A stretch of 64,000 nucleotides of DNA from Tubiluchus corallicola (GCA_030141605.1 JAQGDQ010000619.1:62001-126000), one strand, 5' to 3'; positions 1 to 13,329 are shown, counted from the stretch's first letter. Numbers and translations are program-made. Notes: generated from the sequence alone by a model not told the origin.

Positions 1-55
1 GGACAATAAAACTTAATTTTTACCTTCCTTTGAAAGAAGGATTTTTTCATTTATT

Positions 56-147
<92 letters not shown>

Positions 148-320
148 TCTTTATTTATCACATTTTTTACAAGACAAACACAGAGCATGAAATGATAATA
201 TGATACAAAGTGACAAGATTATTGAATGAGTAAATTATCTGAGTTAATGATGTTCAAGTGATTGGTGAAAGGGTGGCGAAAAACTAAAAGTTACCAAAGT
301 CAACCACCCTGTAAGTAATG
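56..320 (-). mobile_element. 3' end of a non-LTR retrotransposon with (ACTT)n tail
   Basis: (AAGT)n run at 56-146 directly abuts atctttattt (minus strand AAATAAAGAT). A stem-loop gggtgg...ccaccc lies at ~271-310. Same layout as other LINE 3' ends in the window. Confidence 0.55.
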
Positions 321-1293
321 TTGCTATTAGTAATATGCGCAATTATCTTGACGAAGATTTCAGAATAAGGTGTGTAAAACTATTGAGATTAAGTTTAAAT
401 TTGAACATAAATATCATGGACATAAAGGCATAATAAATACATATAATGTTGATATTCTAAGCAATGTGTAAATTTACGCAGATAGAATTACCTTACCTCT
501 TAACTTTCATTTACTTGTTAGTACTGAATATGGTACGTTTCCTATAAGGCATCTAGATAGTCATGAGGCCTCTATCTGCTAATAGTAAATTCAATTATGA
601 TTTATTTACTGATAATGTATTGGAATTTGATTTATTAATCACCATTGTAATAGCGTATTGTTGAAAAAATGTGAGAGCGCAATTCAAAATGTTGTAAGAT
701 TTTATGGAAGGAATGTGGACTCTGCGAACCTCTTTAGTTAGACCATTCACTGAACAACCTTCAAACACTCTGATCATTATCAACGTGGTTCCCATCTCAT
801 TAGTGTCAATTTATTTCATTTTTTTCATTGGCAAGAAATACCTCTCTGCGGAATAGTTCACGGATGAATCAGATGATTAGCACAGCAGTTGAGTGATTAA
901 ATTAGAAATAGCAGAGGTTTCCTAATCACACTGGCAGTGTATTTCCGAATTCCACAGGGAAGGCCACTCCATTGTGAGAACACATTTATTATTTTTACCG
1001 TAATTACCACCAGGGGGTGTTAATGGTCGTGGTGGTTCTTTTATAAATGCCAGAGCAAGGTCAAGTGCAGTGGATAGCATCACAAGAGTGGTTTTGTGAC
1101 AGAAGTAGATGACCTTAAAAATGCATGCAGTGACTTGTAAGAAAAGCATGTAAATGATGTGACAAGTAGCTTGATGGTTCAGTGAGCATAACAGGCTGAG
1201 AGAAATAAATACGTTGTTAACTGAAGCTTTCTTAACGTTTAAAGTAGCCAGTGTGCTGAAATTGCAATATGCATTTAAAGTCGCTTTCAAGGA

Positions 1294-2007
1294 TTAAAGC
1301 ACAAGAAAACCCTCCACTTACGTAAAGCTTAAAAAATTTGTCTCGAAATTTTATAGCATACAAGATTTAATTCGGCCGTAACGCTGTATAAAACGTGTAC
1401 TGTAAATTTAAACTTCCGCGATGACCGTTAGGCGCAGCCATTTTGATGATAAATCGTTTGAAACAAGTTTAGATAACAAAATAAATAATGTTATCTTTTG
1501 ATAACATGGTTTCATATTTGATAACACTTGATAAGTAAAGTTTGAAAAAATAATCAGAGCATTCGTAGCACACATGTTGGTAGTTAAGTAAAATTTTAAA
1601 TTACTGTATCTTGTCAATAAGATTAAAAATACGTTTTTGGTTAGTGAGTGGCACACTCTGGAGGGTGAGTCAGCGACTTTTTACCAATTGGTGAAAACAT
1701 TTTAAATTATTAATCTAGTTACATAAGTCTTTACAGCGAGTAAGTGAAATGCTAAGTAATACAGATTTGCACGGAAAGTTTTTCGGATCATAATTTAACA
1801 TTGCCTTTTCTTCCCCTGATTTACGTGGCGTAGTGACGTCAACTAATGGCGCCGTCGGAACAGTATTGCGGGAGATTTAAAATGAAAACAAACAAAAATT
1901 CCTTTCAACACGAATACGATATGTGCATAAAATTGCTGTAAAGAAATATAATTTTTAAAGCGATTTTTCTGAAACCTACTTCAGGTGCCCCTTTTCTTTT
2001 CCTTTAA
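1294..2007. mobile_element. Non-autonomous TTAA-flanked DNA transposon (Kolobok-like MITE), copy 1
   Basis: TTAA at 1294-1297 and 2004-2007; termini AG...CT; imperfect TIR agcacaagaaaa / cttttcttttcct; homologous over its full length to 2585-3266. Confidence 0.75.
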
Positions 2008-2584
2008 ACCCTATACTATACGTCACAGCTAAAACTTATTTGTGCTGTATACTGTAAGTCCTAAGTTACAGTGACGAAACAATAGTTTATGTTTACAGGA
2101 CCGTAAACTATCTTTTAAATCAAAGTTGATTTTATGGTGTACTGCTCCTTTAATCGTTGCCATGTTTTAATCACGTATCTGCCGTCAAACTTAAAATTTC
2201 CCAACGACCCAATAAAGCATATGAATCAACAGTGAGCCAAATCCGTTGCCAACTGAATAGTCGAGCAATTATATCCAGCTAACCAATCAATCATTCAACC
2301 AACCAAACAATCAACTAGCTAGCTAAAAGCAACTAACCAGCAAATCAACTAACCAACCCATGAAAGGACAAACCAGTCAGTATGTCAAGCAGTCACCCCT
2401 TTGGCTAATCAACTAGACGACCGCCCGACCAATCAACCAACTAATCAATCAAACAACCAATCAGTCTAAGACTAATTAACGCTTGCCAAAAAGTACCAAA
2501 ATGAAAAGCAAAGCAGTAATAGTTTTTCTAAAGACCACTTTGTGCAGCTTACACTTACAGAGCATGACCACGTAGATGTACTTG

Positions 2585-3266
2585 TTAAAGCCCAAGAAAA
2601 CCCTTCATAAACATAAAGCTTGAAAAATTCGTTTTTAAATTTTGTATCGCTTACATACTGCCTTTTTGCATGCAGGACTTCAATCGGCAGTCACGCTGTA
2701 TAAAACATGTAAATTTAAACTCCCGCGATGACCGTTAGATGCAGCCATTTTGACGATAAGTCATTTGAAACAAGTTTAGATAACATTTTGTAAAGTTTGA
2801 AAAAATAATCAGAGCATTCGTAGCGCGCAAGTCATTAACTAAATAAAATTTAAAAGTACTGTATCTTGTCAATAAGATTAAAAATACGTTTTTTGGTTAT
2901 TGAGTGGTGCACCCTGGAGGGTGAGTCAGCGACATTCTACCAATTGGCGAAAACATTTTAAATAATTTTCTAGTTACATAAGTATTTCTAGTAGGTAAGC
3001 GACAATCTAAGTAATATAGATTTGCACGGAAAGTCTTTTGAGATATAATTTAACATTGCCTTTTCTTCCCTTGATTTACGTTTGGTACATGACGTCATGT
3101 AATGGCGACTTCGGAACAGTATTGCGAGAGATTTAAAATGAAAACAAACAAAAATTCCTTTCAGTGCGAGTACGATATACGCATAAAATTGCTATAAAGT
3201 AGTATAATTTCTTAAGACAATTTTTCTGAAACCTACTTCAGCTGAAAACCTTTTCTTGTCCTTTAA
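2585..3266. mobile_element. Kolobok-like MITE, copy 2
   Basis: TTAA at 2585-2588 and 3263-3266; TIR agcccaagaaaa / ttttcttgtcct; internal sequence aligns with 1294-2007 apart from one indel. Confidence 0.75.
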
Positions 3267-4200
3267 GCGCGTCATATTAAAACTGAACGAAAAGTGAAAG
3301 TTCGGTTCGCGCATGAGAAACGGGAACGTCTCCGGATTTTCGGACATTTGCGAACAATGCCGGACCGGTTTATACTCAACACAGAATGGAACTCAAAATT
3401 CACTGACCTGGATAATATAGTGCGGCGGTAAATATTTTTCAATGGAACAAATCGCATCATGTCATTCAAGACATTATTAAAGATTTTTAAGTTAATAAAG
3501 TGCTGCATTGTTCCGTGTATGGATTAGACCATAAGTGTCTGCGCAATTGCATACTTGATGCATTGTCCAGCATGTGCAGTGGTTAACAAGAGTGTATGCA
3601 ATTGCACACTTGAGTTTTTGAGACATGTTACTTTTAAAATGGCAGCAGAAACGTTTTATTAGCTTGCTTGAAAGAAATTTGTTAAAAATATTTTCGTGTT
3701 GAGTTAGATTATATTCTAAAATTAGTCATGAAATATTTATTAATATTTAGAGTGTATGAAATAATAAATGAAATAGATCTCTCGAGGTGACCAGTATTGA
3801 AATCACAGGAAGAGTCACAATTAATTTTGGATAGGGTTAGAGTTACTTCTTATTCCCGTCTCTTTCTTCCTGTGACGTTTTTCAGGGACTTTTTACCTGT
3901 GACGTTTTTACCTGTGGAAGTAACGGTGTTTCAGTTAAATTTTAAAGACTTCTGTAAGAGATTTAATATTAGACTAAACTAGTCCCCTAGTCCTAGTCAG
4001 CCCTCCTTCAGTGGATGCCCGTCAGGCCCAGGGATCCCTCACCAAACAACTTACATCAGTAGGCCGATTGTTCCACTGGTTCTTAGGTTTTTGAAAGCAC
4101 AATCAATTATGACTTACTGATAACTGACTAGTGAACTATGAATTTTATTTCACATATCAAAAAATACAATATCAAACACATTAATAAACTTTAAATAAAA

Positions 4201-4478
4201 TAATTTGAGTAGTGCGAGGTGAGTGTATCCATACGGTCATTAACACACTCACCTTACTTAAATGAAAAAATGATTATAGTTATGCATCCTTCTGTAGATA
4301 ACTTAATGTAAATAAAGATGAAGTAAATGATGTAATAATTTGAGTAGTGCGAGGTGAGTGTACGACCATGCGGTCATTTACACACTCACCTTACTTAAAT
4401 GAAAAAATGATTATAATTATGCATGCTTCTGTAGATAACTTAATGTAAATAAGGATGAAGTAAATGATGTAATAATAG
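4201..4478 (+). repeat. Two tandem 135-bp units, each with a hairpin and AATAA signal (LINE 3'-end-like)
   Basis: Units start at 4201 and 4336; each has a gaggtgagtgt...acactcacctt stem followed by aaataa. Confidence 0.8.
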
Positions 4479-4608
4479 CAATGGTATAAGAGCAATAAAC
4501 CTGAAACTTGGGAAAGGAAAACTTAATATGTAATTACGACCTTGAGTGAGCCTTAAAAAGTGAATTTTTTTTTAAATAGTTACGAATATGAATTATGTGA
4601 TTATCTGT

Positions 4609-5095
4609 CAATGCACCACTTACTTGTATTACAATGCACCATATTGCTTACTTGTATATACAATGATATACAATGCACCATATTACTTACTTGTATATAC
4701 AATGATATACAATGCACCATATTGCTTACTTGTATATACAATGATATACAATGCATCACTTACTTGTATTACAATGCGCCATATTACTTACTTGTATATA
4801 CAATGATATACAATGCACCATATTGTTTACTTGTATATACAATGATATACAATGCACCATATTGCTTACTTGTATATACAATGATATACAATGCATCACT
4901 TACTTGTATTACAATGCACCATATTACTTACTTGTATATACAATGATATACAATGCACCATATTACTTACTTGTATATACAATGATATACAATGCACCAT
5001 ATTACTTACTTGTATATACAATGATATACAATGCACCATATTGCTTACTTGTATATACCATGATATACACTGTACCATATTGTTTACTTGTATAT
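4609..5095. repeat. Minisatellite: 39-bp units punctuated by 23-bp units
   Basis: caatgcaccatattgcttacttgtatatacaatgatata at 4632, 4671, 4710 and onward; short units at ~4609, 4749, 4889. Confidence 0.95.
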
Positions 5096-5678
5096 AAAAG
5101 TCTTTCAACTCGTTAGCACTTTAACAGAATGCAAATCTTTCTAGTGAAATAAATGAATTACCCATTTAATCCTAGAGGACTAGATCTACTAACTGTACAA
5201 AATCACTGCTCAATTAAAATAGTTTTGATCAATAATCAATGAAATCATTAATTACTTGTAAATGGGATCCTATTCGCTCAACTGCTTGTTGTGAAATTCT
5301 TCCCTAATTACATTTCAATTTTTCTCCACTAATTACTACTGCAGCTGCTGCTCTGCTTTTCACGGTAGCTGAATTGCTTTTACGACCGCTTAGTGTATCA
5401 ATTTTTAATTAATTGTGTATCAACATGAACCGACTAAATGGTCGTTTTATCAAGGATTTTATTAGCGACCATGACGCCTCTCCTTGTTGCCTGGCCTAGT
5501 TTCGTGACATCGCACAATGTGAATTTGTTTACTTAAGACACCCTTGTGCGAATATGTGTTTATGAAAAGCGTTTTATAGATCGTAATGCATAAATTTGCT
5601 ATTTATCTAGAGTCTGAGATTCAGCTGCTGAATTTAGCACGTATTATAGGCCCCGGAAACCGTTAGTTTTTCCTCAAG

Positions 5679-6063
5679 CAGGGGTGAGCATCGAACGTTC
5701 GAGTTCAATTCGAACGAGTTTTTTTTAGTTCGAACTCGATTCGAATCCAAAACTATAGATTCGAATAATTCAGCACTTCAATCACATATGTTCTTTATCA
5801 TTAAAACGATTGAAACATCATGCAATTAGCGTAATTTAGCTGTGATTTCTGCACACAATTTTAAACAAATTACTAGTCGTTTTATTGCAGAACAAAATCT
5901 AGTGATATGCATGATCTTTGTGAGACTAATTTTTACTGGTAGTTCGAAAATCTTTCAATCTCAATTCGAATTCGAAACACTGAAGTTCGGTTCGATTCGA
6001 ATTCGAAACTCACAAATTCGGTTCGATTCGAATTCGCTTTCTGGTAGAGAATGCTCACCACTA
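5679..6063. mobile_element. hAT-like MITE with TTCGAA-rich subterminal regions
   Basis: TIR caggggtgagcat / atgctcaccacta (11 of 13 match); clustered ttcga/tcgaa motifs near both ends; no clear TSD. Confidence 0.55.
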
Positions 6064-6169
6064 GTGTCCAATGGTCGTCTACAATGGTCGTAGTTTTCAA
6101 TCATTTGTTTGTCCTGCTTCATTAGTAATTAGTTAGTAGAATTAATTATGAACACAAGCGTTTGCTTAC

Positions 6170-6296
6170 CTATATAGACGGGTTCCCATGCTGGAGGTAC
6201 CCACTTGCTGACGAAGAATATGCTCAACGCTTCTGAGAGGTTCGCTTTCAGCCACACCTCATAAAAGGGGATTCCGTGGCACCATGGACAAGTGTT
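6170..6296 (-). CDS. Coding exon 2 of the GT49/B4GAT1-like glycosyltransferase
   Basis: tttcag acceptor; reads NTCPWCHGIPFYEVWLKANLSEALSIFFVSKWVPPAWEPVYIG then GTAAGC donor. Continues in phase 0 from ...AVPFHK at 18420 and carries the CxxCH and WEPxYIG motifs of GT49. Confidence 0.85.
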
Positions 6297-6380
6297 CTGA
6301 AAATGAAAGTGCACTGTGAATGGCTTCTTCGTATTGTTGAGTTCTTGTTTATATTAGTTACATTATAAGCTATATTATTG

Positions 6381-7273
6381 TGTATCATATCATATATCGT
6401 ATCACATCATATAATATCATATCATATCACATCATATCATATCATGTCATGTCATATCATATCATGTCATGTCATCTCATGTCATCTCATATCATATATC
6501 ATATCATATCATATCATATCATATCATATCACATCATATCATATCATATCATATCATATCATATCATATCATATCATATCATATCATATCATATCATATC
6601 ATATCATATCATATCATATCATATCATATCATATCATCTATAATATCATATCACGTCATATCATGTCTTGTCATGTCATGTCATGTCATATCATCTATCA
6701 TGTCATGCCATATCATATCATATCATGTCATATCACATCACATCACATCACATCATATCATCTGTCATATCATCCATCATGTCATGTCATGTCATGCCAT
6801 ATTATATCATGTCATATATCATATCATACCATACCATACCATACCATACCATACCATACCATACCATACCATACCATACCATATCATATCATATCATGTC
6901 ATATCATATCATATCATATCATATCATATCATATCATATCATATCATATCATATCATATCATATCATATCATATCATATCATATCATATCATATCATATC
7001 ATACATATATCATATCACATCACATCACATCACATCATCTATCATGTCATGTCATATTATATCATGTCATATATCATATCATATCATATCATACCATATC
7101 ATATCATATCATATCATATCATATCATATCATATCATATCATATCATATCATATCATATCATATCATATCATATCATATCATATCATATCATATCATATC
7201 ATATCATATCATATCATATCATATCATATCATATCATATCATATCATATCATATCATATCGTATCATATCATC
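6381..7273. repeat. (ATATC)n pentanucleotide microsatellite with ATGTC/ACATC/ATACC variants
   Basis: Seen directly; explains the spurious SYHII ORFs. Confidence 0.98.
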
Positions 7274-7589
7274 AGAGTAGGCATACTACTAGATTATAGT
7301 ATTAGTATCTTATTCATATTGATTTATAGATAGATAGATAGATAACTCATACACTTTGTTTCTTGTAATTACTGTATTTTTGTAACTTATAAAAGCGCTT
7401 TTCCCTACAAACTTAATAAATGATAAATTGAATGTGAGAAAATAAACTGAAACCGAATCTTTCGAAATGTCTGCATATGAATCAAGATTTTCTCTTGCTC
7501 TTATAGGCCCATAGCCTTGTGTGAAAAATTCTTAAATGCTTTATCAGGCACTAGAGAATGCTGCACCAATCTGTGAAGAGCGAGAATGT

Positions 7590-7648
7590 GAGAACGATCG
7601 AAGTTGAACAAGTTTGGGTCTTGTTAGTAAATGGATGGGTGACTAGGA
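7590..7648 (+). pseudogene. Degenerate 5S rRNA-derived fragment (box A/box C region)
   Basis: gatcgaagttgaacaagtttgggtcttgttagtaaatggatgggtgact resembles 5S gaagttaagcaacg...ggttagtacttggatgggtgacc. Confidence 0.5.
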
Positions 7649-8419
7649 AAATAGCTTTTGGATGGCATCATCTCTCATACTGCCACCATTATCTTTTTGA
7701 TTATTTAGCCATTAGGGAGGTTTCATACTTATGCTAATCAGCTATGTTTTGGTCCTGCCACATGTTAAGCAGTGTCGTGTTTAGCGTAACTGTTAATAGT
7801 TAACGAATAAGACGGTTGATGATGTATCAAGACTTTGTATTCATGGTGAACTGTTATCTAACGACAAACGACTTTTTAAAAAGAAACTGCATTTGGAAAA
7901 ATCGATGCATTGTTAGGAGCGTTTTTGCTTGTATGGTCACATGCAATTGACCAGTGGTCTACAAAGTGATAAGTGCTGGCTCTGAACAACAGGTTTTCAG
8001 AATCGAATGTTTTTGACCTCGTTTCAGAGAGCCTGCTCACAGGAGAGTCTTTTTTTAATTAGTTCGAGCATCTTGCAAGCACTTGCAACTTCGGCCGCCC
8101 CTTTCGGCGCGTCTTCTCATTTCACTGTCTTCCCTTCGCCTTATTTGCGTTTAATTAGCTGTAGAGGGGCAATCATCCTGATTCCATGTTTGTTCGACAG
8201 GAAAATGCTGACTGTCGCTTTTCTAAATTGCTTCAAACTGTGAAATAAGACGAGGGACTAACAAACACTACCCGTAAATATTAACAAGAATGTTGTTTTA
8301 TGAACTGTGCAATAGCTTCTTTGTGGTCGTAAAGGAAAGGAAATAAATTCGACGTGAAATTTGCAAACGTATTCAAATTTTTTCAGGTTTTGTTTCGCTA
8401 TGATTTCATTGCATTCTCA

Positions 8420-9455
8420 CTACACCAGGGTTGCTAGTGGTGACTGTTTTTTTGTAGAGAGATTCCAAACCAGGTGCGGATGTAATAGTGTTAAAGAAAA
8501 GGGAGTTAAATTATGGAACTCTCTACCAAGAAACGTCACTACCATCACCAAAAATTACAAAAAATCGTTACTAGACAGATATGTATCAACATTAAAGTAA
8601 TTTTTTTCTTTTACATTACTACTCATTAATATTATTCAGTAAAAAATTGTGAATCTAATATTCCGTGCAAATTCGTTCAATATGGGAAATCTACATAAAT
8701 TACGACATTGTGATTTTATCGTCATTTTATTTTACCACTGTTTGTTTCTCAAAATTAGTTTATAAACAATGCTATTGCTATTGTTTGCTACTGCTATAAA
8801 CACACTTGTTGCTATTGTTGTTATGTTTGTTTTTATATTTTTCTTTTTGTTATTGCTTTATTTTGATTAGTTTATTTAAGTAATTAACAATAATTGCATC
8901 CTGTGTCATCAATTCTTTTTTCTGTCATCAATATTAAATTATAAGGGGTGAGTGAGTAGATGACCAACGGTCTTTCCTCGTCCCATCTCCACGGATAAAG
9001 TTACTTTTTCGTAAAATGGAAATTTGTGACACATTTGGAGAAAATAAATGTCTATGTCTATATGTCTATGTCTATGTCTATGTCTATGACTGTGTCTATG
9101 TCTATGTCTATGACTGTGTCTATGTCTATGTCTATGACTATGTCTATGTCTATGTCTATGTCTATGTCTACGTCTATGTGTCTATGACTATGTCTATGTC
9201 TATGTCTATGTCTATGTCTATGTCTATGTCTATGACTATGTCTATGACTATGTCTATGTCTATGTCTATGTCTATGTCTATGACTATGTCTATGTCTATG
9301 TCTATGTCTATGTCTATGTCTATGTCTATGTCTATGTCTATGTCTATGTCTATGTCTATGTCTATGTCTATGTCTATGTCTATGACTATGTCTATGACTA
9401 TGTCTATGACTATGTCTATGTCTATGTCTATGACTATGTCTATGTCTATATGTCT
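8420..9455 (+). mobile_element. Truncated CR1/L2-group LINE: ORF2 C-terminus, 3' UTR stem-loop and (ATGTCT)n tail
   Basis: Peptide GVKLWNSLP (ORF 8361-8600); hairpin-like ggggtgagtgag...cccatctcc at ~8945-8990; AATAAA at ~9043 followed immediately by the hexamer microsatellite 9048-9455. Confidence 0.7.
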
Positions 9456-10344
9456 ATATATATTACAGATGTTACATTATTTGACACTGACTATTATGGG
9501 AAAAGAATGATGTGATTTGCAAACGAATTGGTCTTTGCGTTTGTATTTTATCGGCAGTTTTCGCATCTCTCCAGCTGTGCAATGATACATTTTCTACCTC
9601 ATTACTAATCTGGACACGTTTAATTTACGCATACGCGATTGTAGAAGGCCGTATTTTTTTGTTTTTAAGTTTTTGTATAAAAGCTTACAAGGTGTTTCTA
9701 GTGATTGGCATAATCGCAGTAAGCTCTCAACACCATTAAATAAACCATCAGCACAAAGCTAGTAATAAACTATTATTCGCATAATATTACATGATATACT
9801 AAATCACAGGGTTATTAAGTTAAATTTTCCTTCAACTTAATAACGATTTTTTTGAGTTTTTTCGTACTATAAATACCCATATTACTGTAATTATTACAAA
9901 GCATTATAAAAATAACCGTAAGATGAAGGCTATGACCTTGGCTTTTAAATTTCAATACTGGTGAACTGTTTTATAAAATGTAAAGATGATGTGGCGTTTA
10001 TGTGTTTATGTTTATATAGTAAACTTCATACGATAAGCTTTTGTAGATCCAATGTATCTACTTAAATTGTGCATTAAACTGTAATGGAACAATTGTGTAA
10101 ACTGACTTTTGAATGAGATGTTTTATAATTGATTCACTGAATTCAGAAATCAGATTCAGAAATTACTGAATCACTTTAAATAAACTGAATTTGAATTTGA
10201 AATAAATTGAATAGTTCAATCTAGATGACTAACAAACAAGAAGTCACCGAGTAGCAATCTGTATGGTTGTTAATCAAAGCAGAAATCACTTTCAACCAGG
10301 AATTACTAATTAGAAGGTTTCTGTGTTTCTAGCAGGCGAGCATT

Positions 10345-10788
10345 AAAAAATGGACATTAAAAGCAAATCATCAAGCTGAAATCGATGCGTTTCAAATGTG
10401 AAATTACAGAAACATTTTGGGTATTAGATGGCCAAAGAAAATTTCAAACAAAGATCTATATGAAAAAATAAAAGAAGAACCTTGGACAAGAAAAACAAAA
10501 AGACGCCGTTTAAGATGGATTGGGCACATGCTTAGACTACCTGATGATATTCCAGTGAAGATAGCTCTTCAACAAGCCATAAAACCAGCTAAAAAACCTG
10601 CAGGAGGACAAATGTTAACATATTTAGATTTTGCACAGAAAGATTTAAACACTTCAGCATTGATCCTTAGAGATAAATGCATTTGGGGCCTTGCAGCGAG
10701 TAGGGAGTCCTGGCATAGAGGTGAGCAGAATCATGTCACTGGACGTATGATTCATTGGATGACGATGATGATGATGATGATGATGATC
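10345..10788 (+). mobile_element. RTE-clade LINE fragment (ORF2 C-terminus, (ATG)n tail)
   Basis: GIRWPKKISNKDLY...RRRLRWIGHMLRLPDDIPVKIAL is a typical RTE C-terminal motif. Confidence 0.85.
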
Positions 10789-11241
10789 TGGCATAGGGAG
10801 GTGAACAGAATCATGTCACTGGCCGTATGGTTCATTGGATGATGATGATGATGATGATGATTATGATCTGGCACAGGGAGGTGAACAGAATCATGTCCCT
10901 GGACGTGTGATTCATTGGATGATGATGATGATGATGATGATGATTATGATCTGGCACAGGGAGGAGGTGAACAGAATCATGTCCCTGGGCGTGTGATTCA
11001 CTGGATGATGATGATGATGATCTGGCACAGGGAGGTGAACAGAATCATGCCCCTGGACGTGTGATTCATTGGATGATGATGATGATTATGATTATGATGA
11101 TGATTATGATCTGGCACAGGGAGGTGAACAGAATCATGTCACTGGACGTATGATCAATTGGATGATGATGATGATTATGATCTGGCATAGGGAGATGAAC
11201 AGAATCATGCCCCTGGACGTGTGATTCATTGGATGATGATG
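10711..11241 (+). repeat. About 7 tandem copies of the RTE 3' terminus, each with its own (ATG)n tail
   Basis: Unit tggca(c/t)agggaggtgaacagaatcatgtc...attggatgatgatg at ~10711, 10789, 10869, 10952, 11023, 11113, 11183. Confidence 0.9.
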
Positions 11242-12105
11242 TGTTTCCAGAGTGCAAGAACGATTGAGGTGAGGCGAAACCCACGAGATAAGGAGAAAAA
11301 CGAGTATAAAAAAATCATTTACTCCGCGATCACCAATCGATCGTGATAGAGACAGATCGATATTCAAAGTTAAACATCAAGAAATATCCAAGACTTGAAA
11401 TTATCTAGGCCTACACTTGTACAGGCATCTGTAACAGCCTGAACTTGTCCAGACAATGAAATTACAGCTCTGTGTTAACATAAGTTTGCTGAAAATTATA
11501 TTCTTATATACCTATGTGTACAAAGTAGTTTTCTTATATTCGCCTCACGTTGTTACTTTTAAAATTTGCGGAAGTTCTATTGTCAGTATTCCTTAAGGCC
11601 AACACAATGACTCTAAGTGCAATAAAACTATTTGTATTGTTGTAATAATAATGGCCCAAGGTATGATTAATAGACAAAAGGGTAACTATAAAATATAGAC
11701 AAGTAAGATAGCGAAAGATTATAGCTACCACGACGTCTGTTATCTTTGTAATTATAAATACGATAATGGTGACGGTAATGACGATGGTTATGATGTTGAT
11801 GATGATGATAAGTTTAAAAGACAATGGCGAAAGTAATAACAACTAAAAGTGGGGATGGTGATGATGATGATAACAGTAACAGTGAACGTCGCTGTGATTA
11901 TGATTTTACTTGGCATTCTCATACATATAGATCTCTTGTAGTTGGGTCATCATGTCAGATGCTGGATTATTTATCATGATAAAATAAAACAGCTAAAACG
12001 TCGCTATTTGTCTAAACTGCTGCTGGTTTATGTGTGAGTCACAAGACAGTGTTTTTGTTGTTGTCGTCATTGCTGCTCTTAAGATTTCTTGTGCTATTTC
12101 TTTGC

Positions 12106-12915
12106 ATAGCATTCCTAGCACCAGTACCAAAAGATGAACTTGACATACCGAATCTTATCATACTTTTATTGAAGTTATGTTTGTTTTTATAGCATTCCTA
12201 GCATGAGTACCAAAAGTTGAACTTGACAAACCGAATCTTTTGATATAATCATACTTTTATTGAAGTTATGTTTGTTTTTATAGCATTCCTAGCATGAGAA
12301 CCAAAAGTTGAACTTGACAAACCGAATCTTTTGATATAATCATACTTTTATTGAAGTTATGTTTGTTTTTATAGCATTCCTAGCATGAGTACCAAAAGTT
12401 GAACTTGACAAACCGAATCTTTTGATATAATCATACTTTTATTGAAGTTATGTTTGTTTTTATAGCATTCCTAGCATGAGAACCAAAAGTTGAACTTGAC
12501 AAACCGAATCTTTTGATATAATCATACTTTTATTGAAGTTATGTTTGTTTTTATAGCATTCCTAGCATGAGTACCAAAAGTTGAACTTGACAAACCGAAT
12601 CTTTTGATATAATCATACTTTTATTGAAGTTATGTTTGTTTTTATAGCATTCCTAGCATGAGAACCAAAAGTTGAACTTGACAAACCGAATCTTTTGATA
12701 TAATCATACTTTTATTGAAGTTATGTTTGTTTTTATAGCATTCCTAGCATGAGTACCAAAAGTTGAACTTGACAAACCGAATCTTTTGATATAATCATAC
12801 TTTTATTGAAGTTATGTTTGTTTTTATAGCATTCCTAGCATGAGAACCAAAAGTTGAACTTGACATACCGAATCTTATTATACTTTTATTGAAGTTATGT
12901 GTGTTTTTATAGCAT
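12106..12915. repeat. 91-bp minisatellite (~9 copies) with a 182-bp dimeric higher-order pattern
   Basis: Units at 12189, 12280, 12371 and onward; gagtacc and gagaacc alternate strictly. Confidence 0.95.
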
Positions 12916-13329
12916 TTTTCGAATGCGCGCGAAGCACCTACAGCGTTTAAATCAGAGCAGAACGCAGTACTTCAATTACTCTCTCCTCAAGGCAGTTGTT
13001 GTCACAGTTAAAGAAAGAAAAAGCAATGGCAAGGACATAAAAGAGAACTATTATTTCACGCCCTTAATCCTGACAATATTGTGAGTGGCGCACTACATGC
13101 TTTCGCTTTTATTCAACGCAATTTTATTATTGCAGTGGTGTTAACAAGCGTGTACGAAAACGTTGGGATTATCAGAAACGTATTGCCGTTTTCGTTATTC
13201 TTGATTGAGAAAGAGGATTTTCATGGACACGTCGTTATAGTAATGATTTCAGCAGGATCTTGTACTTTGCTGTATGATTTTGTTAGTGTTGTGAATCAGT
13301 TTCTGTTATTGCATGTTATAAAACTCATC

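Noticed and set aside
922-1290. 122-aa minus-strand ORF as the next GT49 exon
   Set aside because: Lacks the expected PxYDERF-type motif and has no recognisable domain.
6378-7333. Long ORFs (SYHII repeats), and likewise the RE/SL, CV, HSFI and poly-V/T ORFs elsewhere
   Set aside because: Stop-free translations of microsatellites with no domain signal.
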